From an uncultured Gammaproteobacteria bacterium (GTDB taxonomy: Bacteria > Pseudomonadota > Gammaproteobacteria > Magnimaribacterales > D2472): a DNA stretch of 64,000 bases. Positions within the stretch are counted from its first letter, which is position 1; every line of letters begins with the position of its first letter. Positions 1 to 12,192 of the stretch are shown here, in pieces. The DNA lies in the NCBI GenBank assembly GCA_964417685.1, contig CAYQIT010000002.1:1593-65592 (forward strand), in the 5' to 3' direction. The notes beneath the pieces are model-generated. The model worked only from the letters and a program-made list of their open reading frames with translations, did no database searches and was not told the origin of the DNA. Position numbers and translations under genes: made by a program.

Positions 1-2
1 TG

Positions 3-233
3 GTGTTTTTATTTATTATTGGGCTAATTGTTCTTGCAACTACAAACTTTGGATCTAATTCTATCAAACTCATGAGAGAGTCTAGAACAGAAATTCGCAA
101 AGTAGTATGGCCCACTCGAGTTGAAACTACTCAAACATTTTTAGTAGTTTTTATTTCAATAATTGTTCTTTGTTTATTCTTTTGGGGCTTAGAGGCACTT
201 CTAAGCTATTTAACTAAGTTGGTACTAGGATAA
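3..233 (+). CDS. secE: Preprotein translocase subunit SecE (5' end cut by window edge)
   Basis: EIRKVVWPTR SecE signature followed by a C-terminal TM helix; directly upstream of nusG. Confidence 0.92.
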   Translation: MFLFIIGLIVLATTNFGSNSIKLMRESRTEIRKVVWPTRVETTQTFLVVFISIIVLCLFFWGLEALLSYLTKLVLG

Positions 234-236
234 GTT

Positions 237-764
237 ATGGATTGGTATGTAATACAAGCTTATTCAGGCTATGAGCAAAAAGTTAAGACGGCTCTAGAAG
301 AAAAAATAGAGCTTAATAATCTTGGTGAGAAATTTGGAGAAATTTTAATACCAACTGAACAGATTGTTGAACTAAAAGGTGGCGCAAAAAAAACAACAGA
401 AAGAAAATTTTTCCCTGGCTACATTCTTATTCAAATGTTGTTAGAAGATGATTCATGGCAATTAGTCCAGTCAACACCAAGGGTTTCCGGTTTTGTAGGC
501 GGCACAAAAGACAGACCTCTTCCTATATCTGAAGAAGATGTTAATAACATTATAAACAGAATAGAAGTTGGAGAGGACGCACCTGCACCAAAAACGATTT
601 ACGAACCTGGTGAGGTTATTCGAGTTTGTGATGGTCCTTTCAATGACTTTAATGGTGTTGTTGAGTATGTTGATTATGAAAGGAATATCGTAAAAGTTTC
701 TGTTCAAATTTTAGGTAGAGCAACTCCGGTTGAGCTAGATTTTATTCAAATTGAGAAAACATAA
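237..764 (+). CDS. nusG: Transcription termination/antitermination factor NusG
   Basis: [12 protein letters not shown]-terminus, FFPGYILI, C-terminal KOW domain (GPFNDFNG...[10 protein letters not shown]). Confidence 0.98.
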   Translation: MDWYVIQAYSGYEQKVKTALEEKIELNNLGEKFGEILIPTEQIVELKGGAKKTTERKFFPGYILIQMLLEDDSWQLVQSTPRVSGFVGGTKDRPLPISEEDVNNIINRIEVGEDAPAPKTIYEPGEVIRVCDGPFNDFNGVVEYVDYERNIVKVSVQILGRATPVELDFIQIEKT

Positions 765-1198
765 TGGCAAAGGCAAAGAAAGTAGCAAATATTTTGAAAT
801 TACAAATCCCTGCAGGAGCAGCTAATCCAAGCCCTCCAGTTGGTCCAGCCCTTGGTCAGGTTGGTGTTAACATTATGGATTTCTGTAATGCTTTTAACGC
901 AGAAACCCAAAGTGCTGAGAAGGGACTTCCTCTTCCTGTTGTTATTACAGTATATGAAGATAAGTCATTTACATTTGTTGTTAAAACACCTCCTGCCGCA
1001 GTTTTAATAAGAAAAGCGTTAGGAATTCCAAAAGGAAGTGGAGAGCCTAATAGAGAAAAAGTTGGAAAATTAACAAGATCACAATTGGAAGATATAGCAA
1101 ATGCTAAAGAACCTGATCTTAATTCAAACGATATAGATGCCGCAGTGTTGATCATTGCCGGCACCGCTAGAAGCATGGGAGTAGATGTAGAGCTGTGA
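764..1198 (+). CDS. rplK: 50S ribosomal protein L11
   Basis: [13 protein letters not shown] motif; operon position. Confidence 0.99.
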   Translation: MAKAKKVANILKLQIPAGAANPSPPVGPALGQVGVNIMDFCNAFNAETQSAEKGLPLPVVITVYEDKSFTFVVKTPPAAVLIRKALGIPKGSGEPNREKVGKLTRSQLEDIANAKEPDLNSNDIDAAVLIIAGTARSMGVDVEL

Positions 1199-1887
1199 GC
1201 AAATTAACTAAAAAACAAAAACTTATCTCAGAAAATTTAGATACAACTAAAACATATTCTATTTCTGAGGCTATGGAATTAATTAAGTCCGTTAAGTCTG
1301 AAAAATTTGAAGAATCAGTTGATATATCAATAAGACTTGGTGTTGATCCAAACAAATCTGATCAAAACGTTCGTGGAGCTGTAACCCTTCCGAATAGTTT
1401 AGGAAAGCAAGTCACTGTAGCCGTATTTGCAGATGGAGACCAAGCTGAAGCTGCAAAAGAGGCGGGTGCTGAACATATTGGAATGGATGATTTAGCTGAA
1501 AAGTTTACAAAAGAAAATCTTGTCGTAGATGTAGTTGTTGCTGCAAGCAGCGCAATGAGAGTTGTTGGAAAGCTCGGGCAAGTGCTTGGACCAAAGGGTC
1601 TTATGCCAAACCCCAAAACTGGAACTGTTACTGATGATGTGGCTTCTGCTGTTAGTAATGCAAAAGCTGGACAAGTTAGATTTAGAACAGATAAAAATGG
1701 AATTATTCATGGAAGCATAGGAAAAGTATCATTTGATGATGACAAGATTATAAGTAATGCTTCCGCATTAATTAGTGAATTAAAAAAATTAAAACCTGCA
1801 TCCGCAAAAGGTGTCTTCATTGGCAGTATTGCTTTAAGTAGCACTATGGGTCCAGGTGTAAAAGTTAACTCTTCGGAGTTGGTATAA
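1195..1887 (+). CDS. rplA: 50S ribosomal protein L1 (GTG start)
   Basis: [33 protein letters not shown] motifs. Confidence 0.99.
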   Translation: MSKLTKKQKLISENLDTTKTYSISEAMELIKSVKSEKFEESVDISIRLGVDPNKSDQNVRGAVTLPNSLGKQVTVAVFADGDQAEAAKEAGAEHIGMDDLAEKFTKENLVVDVVVAASSAMRVVGKLGQVLGPKGLMPNPKTGTVTDDVASAVSNAKAGQVRFRTDKNGIIHGSIGKVSFDDDKIISNASALISELKKLKPASAKGVFIGSIALSSTMGPGVKVNSSELV

Positions 1888-1934
1888 GTTTTAAAGCTAT
1901 TTATATAGCTTTAGATAGTTGCGATTATTCGCAG

Positions 1935-1990
1935 CCGTCAAAGACCGTAGGTGTCGAAAGACTTAATTTCCTACGTAGGTGGTGTTCAAA
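1935..1990 (+). ncRNA. L10 (rplJ) leader, autoregulatory mRNA element
   Basis: AAGACCGTAGG-TGTC-GAAA-GAC-TTAA-TTT-CCTACGTAG matches the proteobacterial L10-leader pattern (GNRA-capped inner hairpin, TTAA bulge) in the rplA-rplJ spacer; flanking hairpins at 1892-1913, 1920-1933 and 2018-2029. Confidence 0.8.
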
Positions 1991-2047
1991 TTGTAATTAT
2001 GCAGTTTGTCGCCGAATAGCCGTAAGGCTTAAACAGGAGAAATTGCT

Positions 2048-2578
2048 GTGGCGTTAACAAAAAGTGAAAAAGAAAGAATAGTATCAGAGGTTAAAGAAGT
2101 TGCTTCCAAAGCATCATCATTAGTTATTTCTGATGCCAGAGGTATGAAGGTTTCTGAGCTCTCAGAGGTTAGAAAAAATGCTACCCAAGCTGGAATACAT
2201 ATCCAAATTATCAAAAATTCATTGGCTAAATTAGCTTTTGAAGGTACTGATTTTGGATGTTCCGACGAGGCTTTGGTTGGGCCATCATTATTTGCTTTTT
2301 CATTTGAAGAGCCAGGTGCAGCGGCTAAGCTGCTGAAGACCTATGCTAAGAATTTCGACAACCTTGAAGTGAAAGCTTTGGTTGTTGAGGGACAGCTTCT
2401 CGATGGTGCTCAGATTGATATCTTGGCAAAACTACCATCAAGAGAAGAAGCTCTTGGCTTGGTTGCATCAGTATTACAAGCTCCAGTTGGTAAGTTTGCA
2501 ACTTTATTAAACGAAGTTCCAAGCAAGCTAGCTAGAGTATTAACAGCAGTTAATGACAAGAAAAAGGCGACAGCCTAA
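2048..2578 (+). CDS. rplJ: 50S ribosomal protein L10 (GTG start)
   Basis: [18 protein letters not shown] motifs; AGGAG Shine-Dalgarno (SD) upstream. Confidence 0.97.
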   Translation: MALTKSEKERIVSEVKEVASKASSLVISDARGMKVSELSEVRKNATQAGIHIQIIKNSLAKLAFEGTDFGCSDEALVGPSLFAFSFEEPGAAAKLLKTYAKNFDNLEVKALVVEGQLLDGAQIDILAKLPSREEALGLVASVLQAPVGKFATLLNEVPSKLARVLTAVNDKKKATA

Positions 2579-2595
2579 TTATAAGGAGAAAAAAA

Positions 2596-2976
2596 ATGGC
2601 AACTACTAAAGAAGATATTTTAAAGGCAATTGAAGAAATGTCAGTAATGGAATTAGTTGAACTAATTTCAGATATCGAAGAAAAATTTGGTGTTACTGCA
2701 GCAGCAGCTGTAGCAGCAGCACCAGCAGCAGCAGGTGGCGGTGAGGCTGATGCAGCTGAAGAAAAGGATGAATTTGATGTTGTGTTAAGTGCAGCTGGAG
2801 ATCAAAAGGTCCAAGTAATTAAAGCAGTTAGAGCTATTACTGGCCTTGGTCTTAAAGAGGCAAAAGACATGGTTGATGGTGCTCCATCTACTGTTAAAGA
2901 AGGCGCAAGCAAAGACGATGCTGAAGAGATTGTTAAGCAATTAACTGAAGCAGGAGCTACAGCAGAACTTAAGTAA
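2596..2976 (+). CDS. rplL: 50S ribosomal protein L7/L12
   Basis: Ala-rich hinge, [20 protein letters not shown]. Confidence 0.99.
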   Translation: MATTKEDILKAIEEMSVMELVELISDIEEKFGVTAAAAVAAAPAAAGGGEADAAEEKDEFDVVLSAAGDQKVQVIKAVRAITGLGLKEAKDMVDGAPSTVKEGASKDDAEEIVKQLTEAGATAELK

Positions 2977-3013
2977 ACATTAAATTAATAAATATATTTT
3001 ATAGGGCGCATTT

Positions 3014-6000
3014 ATGTCATACAGCTATACAGAAAAGAAAAGAATAAGGAAAAACTTTGGTACTTTTGCAAAAGTTATGGACTTACCAAACCTTGTTGAA
3101 ACTCAAACAAATTCTTATTCTGAATTTTTGCAAGCTGATGTGGCGCCAGACTCAAGAAATAATCAGGGTTTAGAGGAAGTTTTCAAATCTTTATTCCCTA
3201 TTAAAAGTGTTTCTGGAAATGCTGCTCTTGAATATGTTTCTTATGAATTAGGTAAGCCAGTATATGACGTTCAGGAATGCTTAATTCAAGGTTTATCTTA
3301 TTCAGCCCCGCTTAGAATTAAAGTAAAACTAGTTATTTATGATAGAGAAACAAATTTTAAAGAAGTAAAAGATATTAAAGAAGGTGAAGTCTTTATGGGA
3401 GAGGTTCCATTAATGACTCCGGATGCTTCTTTTGTTGTTAATGGCACAGAAAGAGTTGTGGTTTCTCAGCTTCATAGATCTCCTGGAGTTTTCTATGATC
3501 ATGACAAGGGCAAAACCCACTCTTCAGGAAAAGTTTTATATTCAGCTAGGGTGATTCCTTACAGAGGTTCTTGGTTAGATTTTGAATTTGATCCTAAGGA
3601 TATCTTATTCTCAAGGATTGATAGAAGAAGGAAAATACCAGCGACTATTATGTTGCGTGCATTAGATATGAGCACGCAAGAAATTCTAAATGAGTTTTAT
3701 GATGAAGATATTTATACTCTTGAAAAAGATGCGGTGAAGTTAACTCTTATCCCTGAAAGATTAAGAGGTGAAACTCTATCCGTTGATATTAAAGTCAGAA
3801 ACAAAGTTTATGTACCTGCAGGTAAAAGAATTACAGCTAGACACATCAGAGAACTGTCAACTTCTAAAATCAGCGAAATCAAACTGGATGATGAATACCT
3901 AGTTGGAAAAATTACTTCAAAAGATATTATCAATCAAGATACTGGTGAAGTGCTCGTTGAGGCTAATACAGAGATCTCCAATGAAGTTATTGAATTACTC
4001 AGAGAAAATAGCATTTCAGAAGTCCATTGCTTATTTATTAACGAATTAGATAAAGGTTCATACATATCAGATACTTTACGAGTTGATCCAACATCAAATA
4101 GATTAGAAGCGCTTGTAGAAATTTATAGAATGATGAGACCTGGCGAGCCTCCAACTAAGGATTCAGCTGAGACATTATTTGAGAACTTATTCTTTAACCA
4201 AGAAAGATATGATCTTTCTGAAGTTGGTCGAATGAAATTTAATAGAAGGTTAAAGTTAGAATCTTCTAAAGATAATCCCAATATCTTAGACAAAGAAGAC
4301 ATTATTGAAGTGATGAAAGGTATCGTGAACATCAGAGATGGACATGATATTGTTGATGATATTGATCATCTTGGTAACAGAAGAGTTAGATCTGTTGGAG
4401 AAATGACAGCTAATCAATTTAGAGTTGGTTTAATTAGAGTAGAGAGAGCTGTAAGAGAAAGGTTGAGCATGGCTGAAGCAGATGAGCTTGGTCCACAAGA
4501 CCTTATTAATGCAAAACCTGTGACTGCTGCCATCAAAGAATTCTTTGGCTCAAGTCAGCTATCACAATTCATGGACCAAAATAACCCTCTTTCTGAGATT
4601 ACTCATAAGAGAAGAGTTTCTGCTTTAGGGCCTGGAGGCTTAACAAGAGAAAGAGCTGGCTTTGAGGTTAGAGATGTTCATCCTACTCATTACGGCAGAG
4701 TATGTCCTATTGAAACTCCTGAAGGACCAAATATCGGTTTAATAAACTCTTTTGCTTCTTATTCTAGAACTAATCAATATGGTTTTATTGAAACACCATA
4801 CAGAAAAGTAACAAATGGCAAAGTAACTGACGAGATTATTTATCTTTCTGCAATTGATGAAGGTGAGCATGTTATAGCGCAGGCCAATGTTGCTTTAGAT
4901 AAAAACAATAAATTTGTAGATGATCTTGTTGCTGTAAGACATGCCAGTGAATTTGAGTTGATGTCACCTGACAGGGTTGATTTAATGGATGTATCTCCTC
5001 AACAAGTTGTATCTATTGCCGCTTCATTAATTCCATTCTTAGAGCACGATGATGCAAACAGGGCGTTAATGGGTTCAAATATGCAACGTCAGGCAGTTCC
5101 TGTTCTCAGAGCAGAGAAGCCTTTAGTTGGAACTGGTCTTGAGTCAGTTGTTGCAAGAGATTCAGGTGTGTGTGTTGTTGCAAAAAATAAAGGAGTTGTT
5201 GAAAGTGTCGATGCATCTCGAATAGTTGTAAGAGTTACGGACAAAAAAGCAGATTCTGCTGCAGATATTTATAACTTAATTAAGTACACACGTTCTAATC
5301 AAAACACATGTATAAATCAGAGGCCAATTGTTAAGGTTGGAGATTCAGTCAAAAAAGGAGATGTTCTTGCTGATGGTCCTTCAATTGACAATGGAGAGTT
5401 AGCTTTAGGTCAAAATATAAGAATTGCTTTTATGCCTTGGAATGGATATAACTTCGAAGACTCCATCCTGATATCTGAGAAGGTAGCAAGAGAAGATAGA
5501 TTCACTTCAATTCATATCCAAGAAATAGTTTGTGTTGCTCGTGATACAAAATTAGGATCAGAAGAAATTACCGCAGATATACCAAATGTTGGAGAAGGCT
5601 CTTTAAATAAGTTAGATGATTGTGGAATAGTATATGTTGGTGCAGAGGTTGAACCAGGCGACATTCTTGTAGGAAAAATAACTCCTAAAGGAGAGACTCA
5701 ACTTTCTCCAGAGGAAAAACTACTGAGAGCTATTTTTGGTGAAAAGGCATCAGATGTTAAAGATACATCACAAAGATCTAGTTCAAAAGGGACTGTGATA
5801 GGTGTTGAGGTATTTACTAGAGATGGTGTTGAAAAAGACGAGAGAACTCAAGCTATTGAGCAAGACCATTTAGATCAATCTAAAAAAGATGCTGATGATG
5901 AGGCTGCAGTTGTTGAAGAGGCAACAAGATCTAGAGTATGCGACCTTCTTAAAGGTGCGCAAGTTGTTAAAGGAGCTGGTCTTAAAAAAGGTACAAAGAT

Positions 6001-7075
6001 AACATTAGATCTTCTTTCTGAATTGCCTTTAAGTGAGTTATTTGCTGTAAGAACAGACAATGAGAACCTTAATACATCAATTGAGCAAACTGAGCAAACC
6101 TTTAAACAATATGTCAAAGGAATTAAAGAAAGATTTGAAGAAAAGAGAGAAAAAATCATACGAGGTCATGATTTAGCTCCAGGCGTTATAAAAATAGTAA
6201 AAGTATATTTAGCTATTAAAAGAAGAATACAGCCTGGTGATAAAATGGCTGGTCGTCATGGTAACAAAGGTGTTATTTCTGAGATCATGCCAGTAGAAGA
6301 TATGCCATATGATGAAAATGGTGATCCAGTAGATATTTGTCTAAATCCACTTGGTGTACCATCTCGAATGAATGTTGGTCAAATTCTAGAAACTCATATG
6401 GGATCAGCTGCTAAAGGTATTGGTAAGCAAATAGACTCAATGATTAAGGAAAATGCAAAACCAGCTGAACTTAAAACTTATCTTGAAAAACTATATAACA
6501 AAAATGCTGCTAATAAAGAAGATTTAGATGCATTTAATAACACAGAAATAGTTGAGTTAGCTAATAACTTAAGAGATGGTCTTCCGATAGCAACTCCAGT
6601 ATTTGATGGTGCAAAGGAATCAGAAGTTAAAGATCTTCTGAAATTAGCCAATCTTCCTGAATCAGGACAATTTACTTTATACGATGGTAGAACTGGAACT
6701 AAATTTGAAAGACCAGTAACCGTTGGATATATGTATATGATTAAGTTGAACCATTTAGTTGATGACAAAATGCATGCAAGGTCTACAGGATCATACAGTC
6801 TTGTAACCCAGCAACCTCTTGGAGGAAAAGCTCAATTTGGTGGACAAAGATTTGGAGAAATGGAGGTTTGGGCATTAGAAGCTTATGGAGCCTCATACAC
6901 ACTTCAAGAAATGCTTACAGTCAAATCAGATGATGTTTCAGGAAGAACAAAAATGTATAAAAACATTGTTGATGGTTCATTTGAGATGGATGCAAACATA
7001 CCAGAATCATTTAATGTTCTCAGTAAAGAGATTAAATCACTCGGCATTAATATTGAATTAGATTCAGAAAACTAG
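3014..7075 (+). CDS. rpoB: RNA polymerase beta subunit
   Basis: 1353 aa; [43 protein letters not shown]. Confidence 0.99.
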   Translation: MSYSYTEKKRIRKNFGTFAKVMDLPNLVETQTNSYSEFLQADVAPDSRNNQGLEEVFKSLFPIKSVSGNAALEYVSYELGKPVYDVQECLIQGLSYSAPLRIKVKLVIYDRETNFKEVKDIKEGEVFMGEVPLMTPDASFVVNGTERVVVSQLHRSPGVFYDHDKGKTHSSGKVLYSARVIPYRGSWLDFEFDPKDILFSRIDRRRKIPATIMLRALDMSTQEILNEFYDEDIYTLEKDAVKLTLIPERLRGETLSVDIKVRNKVYVPAGKRITARHIRELSTSKISEIKLDDEYLVGKITSKDIINQDTGEVLVEANTEISNEVIELLRENSISEVHCLFINELDKGSYISDTLRVDPTSNRLEALVEIYRMMRPGEPPTKDSAETLFENLFFNQERYDLSEVGRMKFNRRLKLESSKDNPNILDKEDIIEVMKGIVNIRDGHDIVDDIDHLGNRRVRSVGEMTANQFRVGLIRVERAVRERLSMAEADELGPQDLINAKPVTAAIKEFFGSSQLSQFMDQNNPLSEITHKRRVSALGPGGLTRERAGFEVRDVHPTHYGRVCPIETPEGPNIGLINSFASYSRTNQYGFIETPYRKVTNGKVTDEIIYLSAIDEGEHVIAQANVALDKNNKFVDDLVAVRHASEFELMSPDRVDLMDVSPQQVVSIAASLIPFLEHDDANRALMGSNMQRQAVPVLRAEKPLVGTGLESVVARDSGVCVVAKNKGVVESVDASRIVVRVTDKKADSAADIYNLIKYTRSNQNTCINQRPIVKVGDSVKKGDVLADGPSIDNGELALGQNIRIAFMPWNGYNFEDSILISEKVAREDRFTSIHIQEIVCVARDTKLGSEEITADIPNVGEGSLNKLDDCGIVYVGAEVEPGDILVGKITPKGETQLSPEEKLLRAIFGEKASDVKDTSQRSSSKGTVIGVEVFTRDGVEKDERTQAIEQDHLDQSKKDADDEAAVVEEATRSRVCDLLKGAQVVKGAGLKKGTKITLDLLSELPLSELFAVRTDNENLNTSIEQTEQTFKQYVKGIKERFEEKREKIIRGHDLAPGVIKIVKVYLAIKRRIQPGDKMAGRHGNKGVISEIMPVEDMPYDENGDPVDICLNPLGVPSRMNVGQILETHMGSAAKGIGKQIDSMIKENAKPAELKTYLEKLYNKNAANKEDLDAFNNTEIVELANNLRDGLPIATPVFDGAKESEVKDLLKLANLPESGQFTLYDGRTGTKFERPVTVGYMYMIKLNHLVDDKMHARSTGSYSLVTQQPLGGKAQFGGQRFGEMEVWALEAYGASYTLQEMLTVKSDDVSGRTKMYKNIVDGSFEMDANIPESFNVLSKEIKSLGINIELDSEN

Positions 7076-7084
7076 GAGATAAAA

Positions 7085-10000
7085 TTGAGAGACTTATTAA
7101 ACTTATTAAAAACTGGTCAAGATGATTTTACTACTATATCTGCAGGTCTTGCTTCACCTCAAGTTATAAAATCTTGGTCATTTGGAGAAGTAAAAAAACC
7201 TGAAACTATTAATTACAGGACTTTCAAACCAGAAAGAGACGGATTATTTTGTGCAAAGATATTTGGGCCAATAAAAGATTACGAATGTATTTGTGGCAAG
7301 TATAAGAGAATGAAGCACAGAGGTGTTGTCTGTGAAAAATGTGGAGTGGAAGTAACTCTTGCTAAAGTTAGAAGAGAAAGAATGGGTCATATTGACCTTG
7401 CTGCTCCAGTGGCACACATTTGGTTTTTAAAATCTTTACCATCAAGAATTGGGCTCTTGCTTAACGTTACTCTTAGAGAGATAGAGAGAGTTTTATATTT
7501 TGAGAGTTATATAGTTACAGATCCTGGATTAACTGAACTAGAAAAAGGCCAAATTCTTACAGAAGAAGAGTGGGTAGAAAAATATGAAGAGTTTGGTGAT
7601 GAATTTTCAGCTGGAATGGGTGCTGAAGCTGTTCAGGTTTTATTGGAAGAGTTGGACATAGATGATGAAATAAGAATTATTAGAGAAGAAATCCCTCAAA
7701 CTAACTCTGAAACTAAACTAAAAAAACTATCTAAAAGGTTAAAGCTGTTAGAGGCTTTCAAAGACTCAGGCAATAGACCTGAGTGGATGATAATGAATGT
7801 TCTTCCTGTACTACCACCAGACTTAAGGCCATTAGTTCCTCTTGAGGGCGGAAGATTTGCAACATCTGATCTTAATGACTTATACAGAAGAGTTATTAAT
7901 AGAAACAATAGGCTTAAGAGATTGCTTGAGCTAAGTGCACCCGAAATTATCGTAAGAAACGAGAAAAGAATGCTTCAAGAGTCTGTAGATGCTCTTCTAG
8001 ATAATGGAAGAAGAGGAAGGGTAATTACTGGTACTAACAAAAGACCACTTAAATCACTTGCTGATATGATTAAAGGTAAGGGTGGAAGATTTAGACAAAA
8101 CCTTCTTGGTAAGCGTGTGGATTACTCTGGAAGATCTGTGATTGTATCCGGCCCTACACTTAAGCTGCATCAATGTGGACTACCTAAAAAGATGGCTTTG
8201 GAGCTATTCAAACCATTTGTTTATGGCGAATTAGAGAGAAGAGAGCTTGCCACAACAATCAAGGCAGCTAAAAAATTAGTTGAAAGAGAAACTCCAGAAG
8301 TTTGGGAAGTGTTAGAAGATGTTATTAGAGAACATCCAGTAATGTTAAATAGAGCCCCAACACTTCATAGATTAGGTTTACAAGCATTTGAACCAAAGCT
8401 GATTGAAGGTAAGGCAATTCAGCTTCACCCTCTAGTCTGTGTGGCTTTTAATGCTGATTTCGATGGTGACCAAATGGCTGTGCACGTTCCATTGACTCTT
8501 GAAGCTCAACTCGAAGCTAGAGCCCTAATGATGTCAACAAATAATATTTTATCACCAGCTGACGGATCACCAATTATTAATCCAACCCAAGATGTTGTTC
8601 TTGGTTTGTATTATATGACCAGGGAAAACGCTAATGCTATTGGTAATGGAAGAGTCTTTAGTAATCCAGATGAAGTGTTAAGAGCATACGAAACAGAAAC
8701 ACTTTCAGTCCACTCTGCAGTTAAAGTAAGAATCAAAGATGCTGAGGGCAACTCTTCAATTGAAGATACAACTGTTGGAAGAATTATTATATGGAGAATT
8801 ACTCCTAAGGAAGTTGGTTTTGAAAATATAAATAAAGTTCTTAATAAGAAACTAATTTCAAAACTTGTTGATATCTCATATAGGAAAGCTGGCCTTAAGA
8901 AAACTGTAATTTTTGCCGATCAGTTAATGTACTTAGGATTTGATTTCTCAACTAGATCAGGCTCATCTATTGGAGTAAATGATTTTGTTATTCCTGAAGA
9001 AAAAGCAGGAATTATTGAGTCTTCTGAGAAAGAAGTTAAGGCTATTGAAAAGCAATTTGATTCTGGTCTTGTAACTAGAGGTGAAAGGTACAACAAGGTC
9101 ATCGATATTTGGTCAAGAGCTAATGAACAGGTTGCAAAAGCAATGATGGAAAAAATTAGTACTGAGCAAGCTACTTCTCCTGATGGAGAAAAGGTTGAAC
9201 AATCCTCATTCAATTCTGTATACATTTATGCAGACTCTGGAGCTAGGGGATCTCCTGCACAGATCAGACAGCTCTCCGGAATGAGGGGTTTAATGTCAAA
9301 ACCTGATGGTTCAATTATTGAAACACCTATAACTGCAAATTTCAGAGAAGGTCTTTCAGTACTTCAATACTTCATATCTACACACGGAGCTAGAAAAGGT
9401 TTGGCTGATACAGCGCTTAAAACCGCAAACTCAGGTTATTTAACAAGAAGGCTTTGTGATGTTTCTATGGACTCAGTTATTAATATTGATGACTGTGGAA
9501 CTTCAGACTCTATTATTGTTACATCAATAATTGATGGTGGTGAGATCATTCAAGCATTGACTGACAGAATTCTAGGTAGAGTTATTGCAGAGCCAATCAA
9601 TGACGCTGATGGAAATCTACTTTTTGCTGAAGGGACTATGCTAGATGAAGATGCGGTATCACAAATTGAATCGTTGAATTTATCATCTTTAAAAGTTAGA
9701 TCACCCATGACATGTGAGGCTTCTATTGGAGTATGCTCAAAGTGTTACGGTCGTGATTTAGCAAGAGGTCATTTGGTTCATAGAGGAGAGGCAGTTGGTG
9801 TTGTGGCTGCACAATCTATCGGAGAGCCTGGAACTCAGCTTACCATGCGTACTTTCCATATTGGTGGTGCAGCTTCAAGCTCATCTGAAGATAATGCTAT
9901 TTTTAATAAGAATGCTGGCGTTGTTAATTTTTCTGATGACATTAAGACTGTAACTAACAAAGATAAGCTGCAAGTAGTTGTTTCAAGAAATGCTATGTGT

Positions 10001-11266
10001 ACTATGGAAGACACACAGGGAAGAATTGTTGAGCAATATAAGGTTCCTTATGGTGCTACTCTTGAAGTTTCTGATAAAGCAGCGCTGGATCAAGGAACAA
10101 AAATTGCTTCATGGGATCCGTATACAAGACCAATCGTATCTGAGACATCTGGTAAAATTAAGTTTTCAGATATAGAAGATGGTGTAACTGTAAGATCTCA
10201 AACTGATGAATTGACAGGATTGAGCAGTATAGAGGTTATTGAAACATCAGAAAGGCCGTCTGCCGGTAAAGAGCTTGTTCCTTCAATTTCAATTGTTGAC
10301 TCGAAAGGAAAAACAGTTCTGATAGGAGATTTTAAAGCTCCTGCAACATACACTCTTCCAGCAAATGCTTTAGTAAACCTCAAAGATGGACAAAAGCTAA
10401 CAGCTGGTGAGGTATTAGCTAGAATTCCATTGGTAGCATCAAAAACAAAAGACATCACAGGTGGTCTGCCAAGGGTTGCTGATCTATTTGAGGCTAGAAA
10501 ACCAAAGGATGCAGCAGTATTATCTGAAGAGACCGGAATAATTTCTTTTGGAAAAGAAACAAAAGGTAAAGTTAGACTAGTTATTACTCCTGAAGGCGCA
10601 ACTAAAAAAGCTCACAATGTTGAAATGTTGATACCTAAACATAGAACCCTTTCAGTTTTTGAAGGAGAAAGAATCTCTAAAGGGGATATCATTTCTGATG
10701 GCCCATTAAGTCCACATGATATTTTAAGACTAAAAGGTATTCCTGAATTAACAAACTTTATTGTTAATGAAATTCAGGACGTGTACAGACTTCAGGGAGT
10801 TTCTATAAATGATAAGCATATAGAAACTATATTAAGGCAGATGTTGAGAAAAGCTTTAATTATAGATGGTGAAGATACTAAATTTATCCAAGGCGATCAG
10901 GTTGACTATGCTGAGCTTAAAGAAGAAAATGAAAGAGTCTTAGCAGCAGGTAAAACACCTGCTCAGTTTGAAAGAGTATTATTAGGGATTACTAAAGCAT
11001 CTCTTGCAACTAACTCGTTCATATCTGCAGCATCCTTCCAGGAAACAACTAGAGTCTTAACTGAAGCAGCTGTAACAGGTAAAAAAGATCATCTGAGAGG
11101 TCTAAAGGAAAATGTGGTTGTTGGAAGACTTATACCAGCTGGTACAGGTATGGAATTCCATGACAAACTAAGAAATAAAAAACAGTACGATCTTGATGAG
11201 CAAACATTATCAGCAGATGATATTGAGGCAGCATTGAGACAGGAACTGCAAGAAAATGAGGAATAA
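7085..11266 (+). CDS. rpoC: RNA polymerase beta' subunit (TTG start)
   Basis: 1393 aa; N-terminal Zn ribbon, NADFDGD active site, trigger loop QLTMRTFH; SD AGGAG overlapping the rpoB stop. Confidence 0.99.
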   Translation: MRDLLNLLKTGQDDFTTISAGLASPQVIKSWSFGEVKKPETINYRTFKPERDGLFCAKIFGPIKDYECICGKYKRMKHRGVVCEKCGVEVTLAKVRRERMGHIDLAAPVAHIWFLKSLPSRIGLLLNVTLREIERVLYFESYIVTDPGLTELEKGQILTEEEWVEKYEEFGDEFSAGMGAEAVQVLLEELDIDDEIRIIREEIPQTNSETKLKKLSKRLKLLEAFKDSGNRPEWMIMNVLPVLPPDLRPLVPLEGGRFATSDLNDLYRRVINRNNRLKRLLELSAPEIIVRNEKRMLQESVDALLDNGRRGRVITGTNKRPLKSLADMIKGKGGRFRQNLLGKRVDYSGRSVIVSGPTLKLHQCGLPKKMALELFKPFVYGELERRELATTIKAAKKLVERETPEVWEVLEDVIREHPVMLNRAPTLHRLGLQAFEPKLIEGKAIQLHPLVCVAFNADFDGDQMAVHVPLTLEAQLEARALMMSTNNILSPADGSPIINPTQDVVLGLYYMTRENANAIGNGRVFSNPDEVLRAYETETLSVHSAVKVRIKDAEGNSSIEDTTVGRIIIWRITPKEVGFENINKVLNKKLISKLVDISYRKAGLKKTVIFADQLMYLGFDFSTRSGSSIGVNDFVIPEEKAGIIESSEKEVKAIEKQFDSGLVTRGERYNKVIDIWSRANEQVAKAMMEKISTEQATSPDGEKVEQSSFNSVYIYADSGARGSPAQIRQLSGMRGLMSKPDGSIIETPITANFREGLSVLQYFISTHGARKGLADTALKTANSGYLTRRLCDVSMDSVINIDDCGTSDSIIVTSIIDGGEIIQALTDRILGRVIAEPINDADGNLLFAEGTMLDEDAVSQIESLNLSSLKVRSPMTCEASIGVCSKCYGRDLARGHLVHRGEAVGVVAAQSIGEPGTQLTMRTFHIGGAASSSSEDNAIFNKNAGVVNFSDDIKTVTNKDKLQVVVSRNAMCTMEDTQGRIVEQYKVPYGATLEVSDKAALDQGTKIASWDPYTRPIVSETSGKIKFSDIEDGVTVRSQTDELTGLSSIEVIETSERPSAGKELVPSISIVDSKGKTVLIGDFKAPATYTLPANALVNLKDGQKLTAGEVLARIPLVASKTKDITGGLPRVADLFEARKPKDAAVLSEETGIISFGKETKGKVRLVITPEGATKKAHNVEMLIPKHRTLSVFEGERISKGDIISDGPLSPHDILRLKGIPELTNFIVNEIQDVYRLQGVSINDKHIETILRQMLRKALIIDGEDTKFIQGDQVDYAELKEENERVLAAGKTPAQFERVLLGITKASLATNSFISAASFQETTRVLTEAAVTGKKDHLRGLKENVVVGRLIPAGTGMEFHDKLRNKKQYDLDEQTLSADDIEAALRQELQENEE

Positions 11267-11268
11267 TG

Positions 11269-11301
11269 TTGACCGCGATCAATCTGCTCTATAAAATCGC
11301 G
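11269..11301 (+). promoter_or_regulatory. sigma70 promoter of str operon
   Basis: TTGACC (11269-74), 17-nt spacer, TAAAAT (11292-97), then CGCG discriminator. Confidence 0.75.
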
Positions 11302-11323
11302 ACCTAAACTAAAAATATATATT

Positions 11324-11695
11324 ATGGCTACAGTAAATCAATTAGTTAAAAAATCTAGAAAACCAAAAACTAGAAAAACAGATGTGCCAGCGCTTAAAGC
11401 TTGCCCGCAAAGAAGAGGTGTATGTACACGTGTCTATACAACAACTCCTAAGAAACCTAACTCTGCATTGCGTAAAGTTTGCAGGGTGAGACTAACTAGT
11501 GGTTTTGAAGTTACTTCATACATTGGTGGTGAAGGTCATAATTTACAAGAACACTCCCTTGTTCTTATAAGAGGCGGAAGAGTTAAAGACTTGCCTGGGG
11601 TTAGATATCATACCGTCAGAGGTACTTTAGATACTTCAGGGGTTGCTGGAAGAAAACAACGTAGATCCAAATATGGAGCAAAAAAAGGTAAATAA
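11324..11695 (+). CDS. rpsL: 30S ribosomal protein S12
   Basis: [25 protein letters not shown]. Confidence 0.99.
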   Translation: MATVNQLVKKSRKPKTRKTDVPALKACPQRRGVCTRVYTTTPKKPNSALRKVCRVRLTSGFEVTSYIGGEGHNLQEHSLVLIRGGRVKDLPGVRYHTVRGTLDTSGVAGRKQRRSKYGAKKGK

Positions 11696-11697
11696 TT

Positions 11698-12168
11698 ATG
11701 CCAAGAAGAAGAAGTCCCGAGAAAAGAAAAGTTTTACCAGATCCTAAATACAAGGATATTGTTTTAGCTAAATTCATGAACAACCTAATGAAAGATGGTA
11801 AAAAATCGACAGCAGAGAAAATTGTTTATGGTGCATTCGATCAAATCACTAAAACAACAAAAGAAGATCCTCTTGAGATATTTTCAAAAGCACTAAGCGA
11901 AGTCAGTCCAGTTGTAGAGGTTAAATCGCGAAGAGTTGGTGGAGCTAATTATCAGGTGCCTATTGAAATAAGACCATCAAGAAGACAGGCTCTTGCTATG
12001 AGGTGGATTGTTGATGCCGCTAGAAAGAGAAGCGAAAAGTCTATGCATTTAAGGCTTGCTGGAGAATTGCAAGACGCATCTCAAAAGAAAGGTTCTGCTG
12101 TTCGAAAGAAAGAAGAAGTTCATAAAATGGCAGAAGCTAACAAAGCCTTCTCTCATTTCAGGTTTTAA
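11698..12168 (+). CDS. rpsG: 30S ribosomal protein S7
   Basis: [31 protein letters not shown]. Confidence 0.99.
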   Translation: MPRRRSPEKRKVLPDPKYKDIVLAKFMNNLMKDGKKSTAEKIVYGAFDQITKTTKEDPLEIFSKALSEVSPVVEVKSRRVGGANYQVPIEIRPSRRQALAMRWIVDAARKRSEKSMHLRLAGELQDASQKKGSAVRKKEEVHKMAEANKAFSHFRF

Positions 12169-12192
12169 TCAGATAATTTAAATTTAATTACT

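Noticed and set aside
2695-2760. GCA-rich tandem repeat in rplL
   Set aside because: It encodes the normal Ala-rich hinge of L7/L12
4540-4750. Antibiotic-resistance substitutions in the RpoB rifampicin region (and S12 K43/K88)
   Set aside because: Both read as the canonical sensitive sequences
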